Counted from the first letter of the stretch, positions 25,651 to 35,609 are shown. The stretch is DNA of 40,394 nucleotides from Candidatus Micrarchaeota archaeon (GCA_026413685.1 JAOAKK010000003.1:1-40394), one strand, 5' to 3'. Program-made: numbers and translations. The notes: generated by a model not told the origin, from the sequence alone.

Positions 25651-26337
25651 ATGAAGCCGGTAATCACACTTTCAATAGGCGGTAGCCTTATGGTCCCGGG
25701 TGAGCCCGATGTTGCGTATATCCAGAAAATAGCAAACCTCCTTGTCAAGCTCTCAAGGAAGTATAAGTTTGCAATAGTGACTGGGGGAGGTGCAGCTTCG
25801 CGGGTTTATGCGCGTGCGATGAGGAAAATCACGCCGAATGAGTTTTTGGCCGACCAGGTAGCCATAATGAGCACATGGCAGAATGCATACCTGATTTTGG
25901 CAGCATTGCACGGCAAGGCATACAAGACACTTCCTAAGACGTTTGATGAGGCGGCACAGGCGCTTGAGACGAACGATTTTGTTGTCATGGGAGGGACATT
26001 GCCAGGTATAACAACCGATACGGATACGGTGCTCCTTGCTGAAAGGGTCGGCTCAAAGCGTATTGTTAACATCAGCAATGTTGATGCGATTTACACGGGC
26101 GACCCAAAAAAGGACAAGGGCGCACAGAAAATCAGGAAAATGACTGCTGATGAGCTTGTAGCCCTTGCTGCAGTTAAGGACACCAGGAAGGCAGGCGAGA
26201 ATTTTGTGTTTGACGTGCTGGCCTGCAAGCTTCTTGCCCGTTCAGGCATAGAGGCGCATTTTGTCACAGGGAGGAATATTGTTGATGTCGAGAGGGCCAT
26301 TTGTGGCATGCCGCACAGCGGGACAGTTGTCAGGTAG
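25651..26337 (+). CDS. pyrH: UMP kinase (archaeal type)
   Basis: LSIGGS, VTGGG..SR.Y, GGTLPGITTD, NVDAIYTGDPK, GTVV. Confidence 0.93.
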   Translation: MKPVITLSIGGSLMVPGEPDVAYIQKIANLLVKLSRKYKFAIVTGGGAASRVYARAMRKITPNEFLADQVAIMSTWQNAYLILAALHGKAYKTLPKTFDEAAQALETNDFVVMGGTLPGITTDTDTVLLAERVGSKRIVNISNVDAIYTGDPKKDKGAQKIRKMTADELVALAAVKDTRKAGENFVFDVLACKLLARSGIEAHFVTGRNIVDVERAICGMPHSGTVVR

Positions 26338-26378
26338 CCATCAGTCATGTTTTAACGATTATACCCAAAATATAAAGG

Positions 26379-27269
26379 ATGCGCATCGGGTACCCTTGCA
26401 TTAACAGGAGTGTCGGCTGCACCGCAAGCACCACGTTTAGGCTTGCATCCTACTCTAGTGTGCGGCTGGAAACGTGCATACGCAACAACATCTCGTGCCT
26501 CAGGAAGATACTGCAGTTTAATGCAGGGAATGGCCTCTTGTTTTTCCGCATCCCCTCAGGGCTGGTACCGTTTGCATCACACCCGATATGCACGTATGGC
26601 TGGGCAGGGAGGTTTGCGAAGGATTTCAGGGAAATCGGCCGTTACATAAGGGAGAATAATATGCGCATCTCAATGCATCCAGACCAGTTTGTATTGCTCA
26701 ATTCCACAGATGAGGAAGTGGTGCTGCGCAGTGTTTCAGAGCTTAAGTACCACGCAAAAGTGCTGGACCTGATGCGCCTGGGCCGCGATGCAAAAATACA
26801 GCTACACGTTGGTGGCGTATACGGCGACAAGGAATCTGCACTTGAAAGGTTTGCCGAAAGGTATGCCCGCCTCCCGCGGCAAGTCAGGAAAAGGCTGGTG
26901 GTTGAGAACGATGGCCACTTGTTCTCGCTAAGCGACTGCCTCAAGCTGCACAGCCTTACAGGCATTCCAGTGCTTTTTGACAGCTTTCACCATTCGCTCA
27001 ACAATAATGGCGAGAGCATGCGTAATGCAATCCTGCTTGCGGAGGCCACGTGGGCAGTGCAGGACGGCCCGCTTATGTGTGATTACAGCTCACAGCAGAG
27101 GGGCGCAAAGCGCGGGACGCACGCAAGCACAATCAACCTGCCTGATTTTGCAGCATTCGTTTCACAGGCCAAAGGCATAGAGCTTGATATTATGCTGGAG
27201 ATAAAAGACAAGGAAAAAAGCGCAATAAAAGCAGCCAGGCTCATAAGCGAAGCCAAGCCCGGCAATTAG
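26379..27269 (+). CDS. uvsE: UV DNA damage endonuclease
   Basis: MRIGYPCIN, FFRI.S.LVPFASHP, RISMHPDQF, HVGG.YGDK, LVVEND, FDSFHH, DIMLEIKDKE. Confidence 0.94.
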   Translation: MRIGYPCINRSVGCTASTTFRLASYSSVRLETCIRNNISCLRKILQFNAGNGLLFFRIPSGLVPFASHPICTYGWAGRFAKDFREIGRYIRENNMRISMHPDQFVLLNSTDEEVVLRSVSELKYHAKVLDLMRLGRDAKIQLHVGGVYGDKESALERFAERYARLPRQVRKRLVVENDGHLFSLSDCLKLHSLTGIPVLFDSFHHSLNNNGESMRNAILLAEATWAVQDGPLMCDYSSQQRGAKRGTHASTINLPDFAAFVSQAKGIELDIMLEIKDKEKSAIKAARLISEAKPGN

Positions 27270-27305
27270 CAGGCACTGCTGCCCAAATTCTATTCAGCAG
27301 CTTGA

Positions 27306-28022
27306 TTAGTGCCTGTGCTCGTGTGCATCCTCTTTCTCTTTGGAGTCTTCACCAGTAAGGTCCCATTCGCCCTTAAACTGCAATTTCTTTGCACCGTGCT
27401 CTTTCAGCTCGCGTGCAACCAGCGCAACCGCTGCAGAATCACGCGCCCTCTTATCATCAAACTTGTTTGCCCCCAAATCAACAGAAACATTCTCACCAGA
27501 GGCCTTAATGTCAGCTTTCATCTCATATTTCTCAGCCAGCAGTTGTGCCTTTTCATCAAGCGATTTTGCGTCCTTGAGCACCTTAACCTCATATCTGAGC
27601 GGGACACCTGAAAGCGGGTGGTTAAAGTCAACAACAACCCTCCCGCTGTTAACTGCCCTGATGGTTGCGGGCGTATTATCAATATTAATGACCTGGCCCG
27701 GCACGGGGTTAATGTTTGCTTCCTTGAATTGCCTGAGCGGTATTATCCTTACAAGGTCCTCATCTCTTTTGCCAAACGCTTTCTCAGGTGCAATCTCAAG
27801 CTCCTTTGGCTCATTCTCTTTCATCCCTATGATGCCCTCGTCAACACCCTCAAGCAGCTCACTGTGCCCGGCACGCACAACAACAGCACCGTATCGCTTT
27901 TTTGGGTCAAAAATCCCACTTTTCTTTGCCTTCTCAGCATCAGTGGTATCTATGACCTCACCGCTCTTTGTGTAAGCAGTGTACTCTATCTTGACCAAAT
28001 CTCCTTTTTCTACCGCCATCAT
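27306..28022 (-). CDS. slyD: FKBP-type peptidyl-prolyl isomerase, long archaeal SlyD-like
   Basis: GDLVKIEYT, IDTT, PEKAFGKRD, GRVVVDFNHPLSG; C-terminal extension ending HEHRH. Start ATG 28022 or 28019. Confidence 0.9.
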   Translation of the reverse strand: MMAVEKGDLVKIEYTAYTKSGEVIDTTDAEKAKKSGIFDPKKRYGAVVVRAGHSELLEGVDEGIIGMKENEPKELEIAPEKAFGKRDEDLVRIIPLRQFKEANINPVPGQVINIDNTPATIRAVNSGRVVVDFNHPLSGVPLRYEVKVLKDAKSLDEKAQLLAEKYEMKADIKASGENVSVDLGANKFDDKRARDSAAVALVARELKEHGAKKLQFKGEWDLTGEDSKEKEDAHEHRH

Positions 28023-28083
28023 AACACCTTTTGGCACTATTCAAATCCAAAACACTTTAAACTTTATCTCTTTAATCAACCAC

Positions 28084-29331
28084 ATGAAAATAAGCCTGAC
28101 ACGTGCCCAGATGATACAGGCAATTGTGATTTTAATTGCCGTTGTTTTCGTCTTATCAACGCTTGGGACATGGTTTACCCACCAGCCCGTAAACGGCGGC
28201 CAGACAAGCCAGGCAACGAACTTGTCTGAGGATGAGCTTGATGCCTCAATAGGCATGGGCAATGTTGTCCTTGTGGTTCGCTCATACTCACCTGTCATAA
28301 GGCTTGCAAGCCCGGGCATTGCCGCAAAGGCATACCTTAAGCAGCTACAGGCAGGCAACACCATCCTTTACCTTGATGAGTCAAACCCTCAATATATCAC
28401 GATAACGCTTTCAAGCGGGGAGGACACGCTTGAAGTTGCATCAAAGCTGGTATCACTGGACAAGAACGCGACAATGCTGCTTGAGGCATATGTAAGCAGC
28501 GACCAGGAGTTTGAGTTTTTGCTCCAGAATGGCACAAAGGTTAAGGCAAAAATCCCATTAAGCAAGATAAGCGTCTCGAGGCCCTACAAAAAGGGTGAGC
28601 AGCTTTATTTTAGTGCCCTTGTCCAGCTGTACAAGGGGCAGGTTATAGGTGCAAAGCTGACACCATTGGCACGCACCGAGAAGGTTGACCTGCCAGTGCT
28701 TCCCCTAAACTGCTTTTCAGAGCATTATGCGCGATTTTACTTTATGTGGCATGACAGGGAAGGCGTGCGCAGCTCGCTCAGCAGGCTTAACGAGTCTTTG
28801 AAGTCCATCAACGCAACGGCCGTTCAGATGCAATATGTCAGCGACACTACTGTATACGCAACTGATGGTTTCAGCAAGGCGCAGGTCCAGGAGATACGAA
28901 AGCGGCTTCCAGGCCTTTACGTTGTCCAGTTCAACAAGCTGGTGTTCTATGATAATTACACATACACTGAAGATGAAATAAGCAAAGTGATAGCAGATGT
29001 GACAAACAACACTGTTAACGTCTCATTCTCGCCGCCAATGCTTGAGATGAGGTTCAATTATGCAGGAAACGAAACCCTTCTCGAAAACACACTTAATGCA
29101 ATAGGATACACCACCATATCGAAAGAGATATACAAGGTATGTAACGCCTCGACGGGTGACATAACGATATCCATAGGCGGCAAGATGTATCGAGTCAGGG
29201 ATATGCACGTGCTTGCACTGTTGCCAACTAGCGCAAAGCCAGGTGCGCCCGAGGTTGGCAGTTTTGAGGCATACATAGTTGGTGACGAGATAGTGCGTGC
29301 AGAGCCCGTGCTTGAGACAAAATACAAGTAA
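28084..29331 (+). CDS. hypothetical membrane-anchored extracellular protein
   Basis: One N-terminal TM helix then a long soluble region with N-glycosylation sequons; CTTTAAA box 29 nt before ATG 28084. Confidence 0.75.
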   Translation: MKISLTRAQMIQAIVILIAVVFVLSTLGTWFTHQPVNGGQTSQATNLSEDELDASIGMGNVVLVVRSYSPVIRLASPGIAAKAYLKQLQAGNTILYLDESNPQYITITLSSGEDTLEVASKLVSLDKNATMLLEAYVSSDQEFEFLLQNGTKVKAKIPLSKISVSRPYKKGEQLYFSALVQLYKGQVIGAKLTPLARTEKVDLPVLPLNCFSEHYARFYFMWHDREGVRSSLSRLNESLKSINATAVQMQYVSDTTVYATDGFSKAQVQEIRKRLPGLYVVQFNKLVFYDNYTYTEDEISKVIADVTNNTVNVSFSPPMLEMRFNYAGNETLLENTLNAIGYTTISKEIYKVCNASTGDITISIGGKMYRVRDMHVLALLPTSAKPGAPEVGSFEAYIVGDEIVRAEPVLETKYK

Positions 29332-29409
29332 TCACGACGGCATCCACATACGGGGAAATGGAATTTGCCTATGGATTGCTTTTTATTTTGCCTTTTCCTA
29401 ATACTTTGC

Positions 29410-29790
29410 ATGCCTTTGAAGAACTCATACTCTAAGGGTGCGCGGTTTGAGCGTGAGCTTGCAGACCTTCTCACGCAGCGCGGGTATATGGTTGTGCGTG
29501 CCGCTGGCTCAGGCGTTTATACAACCGCACCCGACCTGCTTGCGTTCAGGAAGATGGAGGCATACGTGTTTGAGTGCAAGGCGTGGAACAGCGGCCGCCT
29601 GTCACTTAGAAAAGAGCAGTATGAGCTTCTGAAGAAATGGGAAGAGTGCACGAGCGTTTCAGCGTATGTTGCGTGGCGTGTCCCGCGTGCAGGCTGGCTG
29701 TTCATCAGGGTAAGTGAATTGTCCGAGAATGCATCCATATCACTTGAGAAGGCGCGCCTGATAAACAGGACGGTTGATGATTTGGTGTAG
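29410..29790 (+). CDS. hjc: archaeal Holliday junction resolvase
   Basis: KGARFEREL, VVRAAGSG, PDLLA, FECK. Start ATG 29410. Confidence 0.92.
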   Translation: MPLKNSYSKGARFERELADLLTQRGYMVVRAAGSGVYTTAPDLLAFRKMEAYVFECKAWNSGRLSLRKEQYELLKKWEECTSVSAYVAWRVPRAGWLFIRVSELSENASISLEKARLINRTVDDLV

Positions 29791-30828
29791 GTGTTTTCAG
29801 TGAAGCGCAGCAAAACAAATGTGCAACACAGCATAGCATTCGGGCTAAAGGTTTGCAGGAAGGACGGTGAGCCTACCAGGAGAAAGCTGGCCGAGCTTGG
29901 CATCCTTGATAACAGCCGCGCCATTAAGAGCGATTCCACGCACGTATACTTGCCCATCATAACAAAAGACCACCCGTATTTGGAAGGCAGGGAAATCGTT
30001 GAGGCAGAGTTTAAGCCGCGGGAGCAAAAGCCAGGGACGCTTGCTGAGTCACTTGGCCTTAAGGATATCCGCTCGTTTGATATCATTGGTGACATTGCAA
30101 TCATAGAAATACCCGATGAGTTGCGCAGCATGGAGAGTGAGATAGGCAACATGCTCCTCAAGCTCCACAAGGGTGTCAAGGCAGTTTTTGCTAAGGATAG
30201 CAGTGTGATGGGTGATTACAGGGTGCGCGGGGTTAGGCACATTGCAGGAGAGCACAGGACTGAGACTATCCACAAGGAGCACGGCTGCAAGTTTAAGGTT
30301 GATGTGTCAAAGGTATACTTTTCACCCAGGCTTTCGCACGAGCGTGAGCGTATCCTTGCGCAGGTAAAGGATGGTGAGCATATTCTTGCGCTGTTCTCTG
30401 GTGTTGCACCATTCCCAATCATAATTGCAAAGGAGCGCAATGTGATAGCATATTCAATCGAGCTGAACCCCGAAGGGCACAAGTATGCGCTTGAGAATGC
30501 CAGGCTAAACAAGGTCGATGGGAAGGTTTTTCCCATACATGGTGACGTGAGGGAAGTTCTTAAGGACAAGAGGTTTATTAGCTGGGCCGACAGGATAATA
30601 ATGCCACTGCCAAAAGATGCACTTGGGTTTCTCCCTTATGTTTCGCACGCTGCTAAAAGCGGATGCATAATCCACGTATATGGGTTTGCACAAAAAGGCA
30701 AGGAGCAGGAGCTGTGCAACCAGGCACTGGCACTGCTCGGCAGGCCGGCTGAGGTTATTTATGCGCGGCGTGTCAGGACATATTCACCAGATACAGACCA
30801 GTTCGTAATTGACATCCGCGTCTTATGA
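29791..30828 (+). CDS. trm5: Trm5/Taw2-family tRNA methyltransferase (probably m1G37)
   Basis: SFDIIGDIAI, TIHKEHG, VYFSPRLSHER, LFSGVAPF, ELNP, DRIIMPLP, VRTYSP. Start uncertain (GTG 29791 or 29821). Confidence 0.85.
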   Translation: MFSVKRSKTNVQHSIAFGLKVCRKDGEPTRRKLAELGILDNSRAIKSDSTHVYLPIITKDHPYLEGREIVEAEFKPREQKPGTLAESLGLKDIRSFDIIGDIAIIEIPDELRSMESEIGNMLLKLHKGVKAVFAKDSSVMGDYRVRGVRHIAGEHRTETIHKEHGCKFKVDVSKVYFSPRLSHERERILAQVKDGEHILALFSGVAPFPIIIAKERNVIAYSIELNPEGHKYALENARLNKVDGKVFPIHGDVREVLKDKRFISWADRIIMPLPKDALGFLPYVSHAAKSGCIIHVYGFAQKGKEQELCNQALALLGRPAEVIYARRVRTYSPDTDQFVIDIRVL

Positions 30829-30842
30829 TAAATTACTGCAGC

Positions 30843-31316
30843 CTAGCCGCTGCCTGCGCCCCTGATTGCATCCCGTAGGCGCGCAACAACAACATCCATA
30901 TCGCTTATCGCATCGCTCTCAACAACCTTGTAAAATATAAGCTTGTTCTCAACCTTCTCATTTGATGCGTACATCTTCTCGATTTCAAGCGTGTGGAGTG
31001 AGTAAATCCCTTTCAGCTCATCAATCGCATCAACAACAGCCTTCCTTATGGAAGGGTTTCCAGACCCGACATAAACCTTTTCAAGCTTCTTGACGCATTC
31101 ATCCAGCTTGCTCCCTATCCTCTCAACTGATTCGCGTTTTCTCTGGCTGTCAATTATAAACCCAGCTACTTCACCAAGCCCCTTCCCTACAACACCCAAC
31201 AAGCCGCTGCCCAATGCGCCGCCACCAGAGAGCTTTTCCTGCTCGCTTATAAGCTGTAATGCCTCCCTGCTGCTCTTTTCATGAATATTTTGGTGTGTGG
31301 CAGCTTTGGTGCTCAT
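30843..31316 (-). CDS. hypothetical protein
   Basis: 157-aa ATG ORF filling the gap; helical, Gly-rich amphipathic segment; no family recognised. Confidence 0.65.
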   Translation of the reverse strand: MSTKAATHQNIHEKSSREALQLISEQEKLSGGGALGSGLLGVVGKGLGEVAGFIIDSQRKRESVERIGSKLDECVKKLEKVYVGSGNPSIRKAVVDAIDELKGIYSLHTLEIEKMYASNEKVENKLIFYKVVESDAISDMDVVVARLRDAIRGAGSG

Positions 31317-31367
31317 GCTACAAAAATAGCATCCACATTATTTAAACATAACATATATAACCTATTC

Positions 31368-32486
31368 ATGCAGCTCGCTGACCTTGAGTATTTTTATGTT
31401 GCGAAAGAGATGAATGGGAGGTTTATGGGCTCGCGCATAGGCAAAATATACCAGGTTACAGGAAGGCTGTTCAAAATCCAGGTCTCAAATGATGATGGGA
31501 AGTTTACGCTCATAATACAGCTGCCAGATTACCTCACCTCAACAAAGCGGGACATACCTTCACCTGAGCGGCCCTCAAATTTCATAATGGCCTTGCGCAA
31601 GCGGCTTGCTAATGGGATAATAGAAAGCATTGAGCAGCCAGGGTTTGAGCGCATAATCATATTCAATATTTCATCGCACGGCAAGCATTATAGGCTTGTT
31701 GTTGAGCTGTTCTCGCACGGCAACATCATACTCTGTGATTCAGCCCGCAATAACGCGATAGATGTAATCTACAGGAAGGAAAGCTGGCGGGACAGGGAGC
31801 TTAAGAGAGGTGTCCCATACGTGCTCCCGCCATCTAAGTTATCACCATTCCTGATTGAGCCGAGGCACATCTCACTCAACGGAAAAAAGACGCTTATGGC
31901 AGGGATACTCTCACAGGTTTCGGTGGCGCCAAAATACCTTGAGGAAGCGTTTGTGCGTGCAGGCATTGACCCGCACATTGGGCGTGAGCTCCACCCAGAG
32001 GACCGTGAGCGCCTGCTTTATATGATTAAGGGCGTGTGTGCCGAGGGAAACTATTATACGTATTCAAAGGATGGGAAGATTGTTGATTATTCGGTTGCGC
32101 ACCTCACGAAATACGAAAGTGGCGGCTATGAGAAAGCCAGGTACAAGTCAGTGCTTGAAATGATAGATGCGGCATACGAGCCGGTGCTTTCAGAGGAAGA
32201 GGAGGTTGGGGCTGCGAAGGGCGAGGATGAAAAAGGCAGGCACCGCGAGGCTGCAATGGCAAAAATGAAAGAGCGCCTCGCTGCACTTGAGGCTGAGGAG
32301 TTGCGTGCGCGCGCATCCGCAATGCACATACATAAGGATTACCATAAGGTAGAGCATATGATAGGGCTTGTGCGCCAGATGAGAAAGCAGGGAAAAAGCG
32401 AGCGTGAGATAAGCAAGGCACTTTCGCAGATTGATAAGGATGCGCAGTATAAGAACGGGATGATAATACTCAGGATAAGGTGTTAG
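31368..32486 (+). CDS. Rqc2/NFACT (FbpA) family protein, N-terminal half only
   Basis: GSRIGKIYQ, PSNFIMALRKRL, IEQPGFERII, LVVELFSHGNIIL, RELKRGVPYVLPP, HhH region, first coil; ends at 372 aa without NFACT-R. Start ATG 31368. Confidence 0.88.
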   Translation: MQLADLEYFYVAKEMNGRFMGSRIGKIYQVTGRLFKIQVSNDDGKFTLIIQLPDYLTSTKRDIPSPERPSNFIMALRKRLANGIIESIEQPGFERIIIFNISSHGKHYRLVVELFSHGNIILCDSARNNAIDVIYRKESWRDRELKRGVPYVLPPSKLSPFLIEPRHISLNGKKTLMAGILSQVSVAPKYLEEAFVRAGIDPHIGRELHPEDRERLLYMIKGVCAEGNYYTYSKDGKIVDYSVAHLTKYESGGYEKARYKSVLEMIDAAYEPVLSEEEEVGAAKGEDEKGRHREAAMAKMKERLAALEAEELRARASAMHIHKDYHKVEHMIGLVRQMRKQGKSEREISKALSQIDKDAQYKNGMIILRIRC

Positions 32487-32498
32487 GGGGCTGTTGAA

Positions 32499-34559
32499 AT
32501 GCCAAAATATTACATCACAACCGCAATTCCATATGTGAATGCATCACCACATCTTGGGCACGCACTCGAGTTCATACAGACAGATGTGCTGGCGCGATAC
32601 CATAAGCTCCTTGGCGATGATGTGTATGTTGTTACGGGTGCGGATGAGAACAGCCTTAAGAACGTCCAGGCAGCCGAGGCAAAAGGCACAACACCGGAGG
32701 CATTATGCGCTGAGAATGCCGCATTGTTCAGGAAGCTTGCTGACACGCTTGGCCTTTCATACAGCTCTTTTGTGAGGACTTCCGTGAGCCAGGAGCATAA
32801 GAAAGGCGTGCAGATGCTCTGGGAGCTGTGTGCCAAGTCAGGTGATATTTACAGGAAAAATTACCGCGGGCTTTACTGTGTAGGGTGTGAGGCGTTTTAT
32901 GAGGAGCACCAGCTTGAGAACGGCATGTGCCCTGAGCACAAGAAGCCGCTGGAAATTGTTGAGGAGGAAAATTACTTCTTCAGGCTGTCAAAGTACCAGA
33001 AGCAGCTTGAGGAGATGATTGCAAGCGGCAGGCTGAAAGTCGTGCCAGAATCGCGCATGAACGAGATGCTGCATTTCATACGTGAAGGCCTGCAGGATTT
33101 TAGCATTTCGCGCTCTATGAAGCGCGCTAAGGGATGGGGGATCCCCGTGCCTCATGACCCAAACCAGATAATGTATGTGTGGTTTGATGCGCTTGGGACG
33201 TATCTTACCGGGGCGGGATACGGGTCTGACAGTGCAAAATTCTCGAAATACTGGCCTGCTGATGTGCACGTTATAGGGAAGGGAATCCTCAGGTTCCATG
33301 CAATCTACTGGCCGGTAATGCTGCTTTCAGCAGGGCTCCAAATGCCAAAATCAATCCTTGTCCACGGATACATAACCGTGGAGGGTGAAAAGATGAGCAA
33401 ATCACTCGGCAACATTGTCGACCCGTTCAGTGTTGTTGAGAAGTTTGGGATTGATGCGTTCAGGTATTGCCTTTTGAGCGAGGTCTCAACATTTGAGGAT
33501 GGTGACTTTTCAGAGAAAGTGCTCATTGAGAAAAACAATAATGAGCTTGTTGCAAATGTTGGCAACCTTGTTAACAGGACGATTGTGTTTGCGAAGAATA
33601 ATTTTGATGGCAAAGTGCCATACGGCCCGCTTGCAAAAGGCGATGAGCAGTTTATTGCGTTGCAGAAAGAGAAAATTGCAAAGGCTTCCGCTTTGCTTGG
33701 CCAGATGAGGCTTAAAGAGGCGATATCAGCAATAATGGAATTCTCAAGCAATGCAAACCGCTACTTCCAGGAAAATGAGCCGTGGAAAGCTGTAAAATCT
33801 GACAAGCTGAGGGCAGCAGCTGTGCTTTACGTGCTTGCAAACCAGGTAAAGGACCTTGCAATACTTCTCTGGCCTTACATCCCGCACGCAAGCGATGAGA
33901 TTTTCAGGCAGCTTAATGTTGAGAGGCCGTCCTGGAAAGATTTGGGGGCGCTTACGCTCAAGCCAGGGCATATGCTTGGCGAGCCAAAGCCAATCTTCAG
34001 GAAGATTGATGCAAGCGTGGGCGGCACACCAGGGGCAGCACAAGCGAGCAGAGGTGCCAAGCCGGCCAAAACCCAGCCGCCCGGCGAAAAGCTAACGATT
34101 GCGGGCATCGATTTGGAGATAGGCGAAATACTCTCCGTGGAGAAGCACCCGAACGCTGAGAAGCTTTTCATCGAAAAGGTAAGGCTGGGTGATGGTGAGC
34201 GCCAGATTGTATCAGGCCTTGCGCAGTTTTACACACCCGAAGAGCTTGTGGGCAAGAAAGTCATAATTGTGAAGAACCTTAAGCCAGCAAGGATTCGTGG
34301 TGTAGAGTCTGCCGGGATGCTGCTTGCAGCAGCCTCCGGTGATGAGGTTGAAGTGCTGTGTGCCCCCGATTCAAGGCCTGGCGACAAGGTAGTTGCGGAA
34401 GGCATCCTGCCAGCACCGCGCAAGGAAATAACCATCGAAGAGTTTGGGAAGGTTGTGCTTGAAGTGAAAGGGTATGAGCTTTATGCAGAAGGGAGGAAAC
34501 TGCTTGCTGCGGGCAGGCCTATAAGGGCATTAAGGGTCCCAAATGGGAAAGTTGGGTAG
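32499..34559 (+). CDS. metG: methionyl-tRNA synthetase with C-terminal tRNA-binding OB domain
   Basis: YITTAIPYVN..PHLGH, YVWFDAL, KMSKSLGN, HPNAEKL..RQIVSG..NLKP..ES.GMLLAA. Confidence 0.96.
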   Translation: MPKYYITTAIPYVNASPHLGHALEFIQTDVLARYHKLLGDDVYVVTGADENSLKNVQAAEAKGTTPEALCAENAALFRKLADTLGLSYSSFVRTSVSQEHKKGVQMLWELCAKSGDIYRKNYRGLYCVGCEAFYEEHQLENGMCPEHKKPLEIVEEENYFFRLSKYQKQLEEMIASGRLKVVPESRMNEMLHFIREGLQDFSISRSMKRAKGWGIPVPHDPNQIMYVWFDALGTYLTGAGYGSDSAKFSKYWPADVHVIGKGILRFHAIYWPVMLLSAGLQMPKSILVHGYITVEGEKMSKSLGNIVDPFSVVEKFGIDAFRYCLLSEVSTFEDGDFSEKVLIEKNNNELVANVGNLVNRTIVFAKNNFDGKVPYGPLAKGDEQFIALQKEKIAKASALLGQMRLKEAISAIMEFSSNANRYFQENEPWKAVKSDKLRAAAVLYVLANQVKDLAILLWPYIPHASDEIFRQLNVERPSWKDLGALTLKPGHMLGEPKPIFRKIDASVGGTPGAAQASRGAKPAKTQPPGEKLTIAGIDLEIGEILSVEKHPNAEKLFIEKVRLGDGERQIVSGLAQFYTPEELVGKKVIIVKNLKPARIRGVESAGMLLAAASGDEVEVLCAPDSRPGDKVVAEGILPAPRKEITIEEFGKVVLEVKGYELYAEGRKLLAAGRPIRALRVPNGKVG

Positions 34560-34666
34560 ATGTTTCTTGTGAAGCTCGACAAGTATTTATAAAACCTCGA
34601 CATTTTTTTTGCCCATTGCACACATTTAAATAGTTTTATGCATATGTCTAATCGCTTGGTGGTTTT

Positions 34667-34927
34667 ATGCCGAAATATGTTCTAGCGAAACAGCTCGCAG
34701 GAAAGAAAATAGTCACGAGCAACGGTGAAGAGCTCGGCAGGCTTGTTGACATTAAGGTTGCCGAGACAGGAGGGAGGCTACAGACACTCGTCCTGGAGGC
34801 AAGCTTTGATAGTGTACTGGCATCAAAGATGCAGAAAGATGACCAGGGGCACACAGTATTGCCTTATGATGCGGTTATGGCAGTGTCTGACTACATAATC
34901 GTAGACAGGAAATCTCTTGCACTTTAA
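34667..34927 (+). CDS. stand-alone PRC-barrel protein (CdpB-like)
   Basis: LAGKKIVTSNGEELGRLVDI..TGGRL..LPYDAVMAVSDYIIV; GGTGG RBS. Confidence 0.85.
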   Translation: MPKYVLAKQLAGKKIVTSNGEELGRLVDIKVAETGGRLQTLVLEASFDSVLASKMQKDDQGHTVLPYDAVMAVSDYIIVDRKSLAL

Positions 34928-34939
34928 GATTCTGGTTTT

Positions 34940-35578
34940 ATGATTGCAGGAATTGACGAGGCGGGGCGCGGCTCCGTTCTCGGGCCTCTTTCAATTGCGC
35001 TCGTGTGTGGCGAGGAAGAGGATTTTCTATCCCTTGAGCTTGCAGACTCAAAGCTGCTCACACGCAGCGAGCGCGAGGCACTGTTTCCTGAGATACGCAA
35101 GAAGTTTTACACATCTTTTGTGCTTGTTACTGCAAAGGAGCTCAATGAAATGATGAAAAGGTTCTCGCTCAATGAGATTGAGGCGATAAAGGAGGCATAC
35201 CTGCTCGATGAGCTCCCTCTTGAGCCCCACGAGGTCATCGTGGACTCGCCCGATGTGCTGGAGCAGAATTTTGCACATCGCATAGCAAGGCATATGGCAA
35301 GAAAGCTTACCATCAGGGCCGAGCACAAGGCAGATTTAAATTACCCTGTTGTGAGTGCAGCATCAATAGTTGCAAAAGTGATCAGGGACTGGGAGATTGA
35401 CCGCATACGTGATGAGGTCGGGTATGACTTCCAGTCAGGATATCCTTCTGATGAGAAAACAGTTGCAGCCGTCCGTGAAATGCTCCGCACTGGCAAGGGC
35501 AAGGAGTATGTCAGGATGCGATGGAGCACTGTTGAGTCAATCATTGCAAGCCAGCAGAAGCTCCACGACTATTTTTAA
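34940..35578 (+). CDS. rnhB: ribonuclease HII
   Basis: GIDEAGRG, DSKLL, KAD..YPVVSAASIVAKV.RD, SGYPSD, C-terminal PIP box QQKLHDYF. Confidence 0.95.
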   Translation: MIAGIDEAGRGSVLGPLSIALVCGEEEDFLSLELADSKLLTRSEREALFPEIRKKFYTSFVLVTAKELNEMMKRFSLNEIEAIKEAYLLDELPLEPHEVIVDSPDVLEQNFAHRIARHMARKLTIRAEHKADLNYPVVSAASIVAKVIRDWEIDRIRDEVGYDFQSGYPSDEKTVAAVREMLRTGKGKEYVRMRWSTVESIIASQQKLHDYF

Positions 35579-35609
35579 GCCAACTCGCATTACAAATAAT
35601 CCTGGCAAA

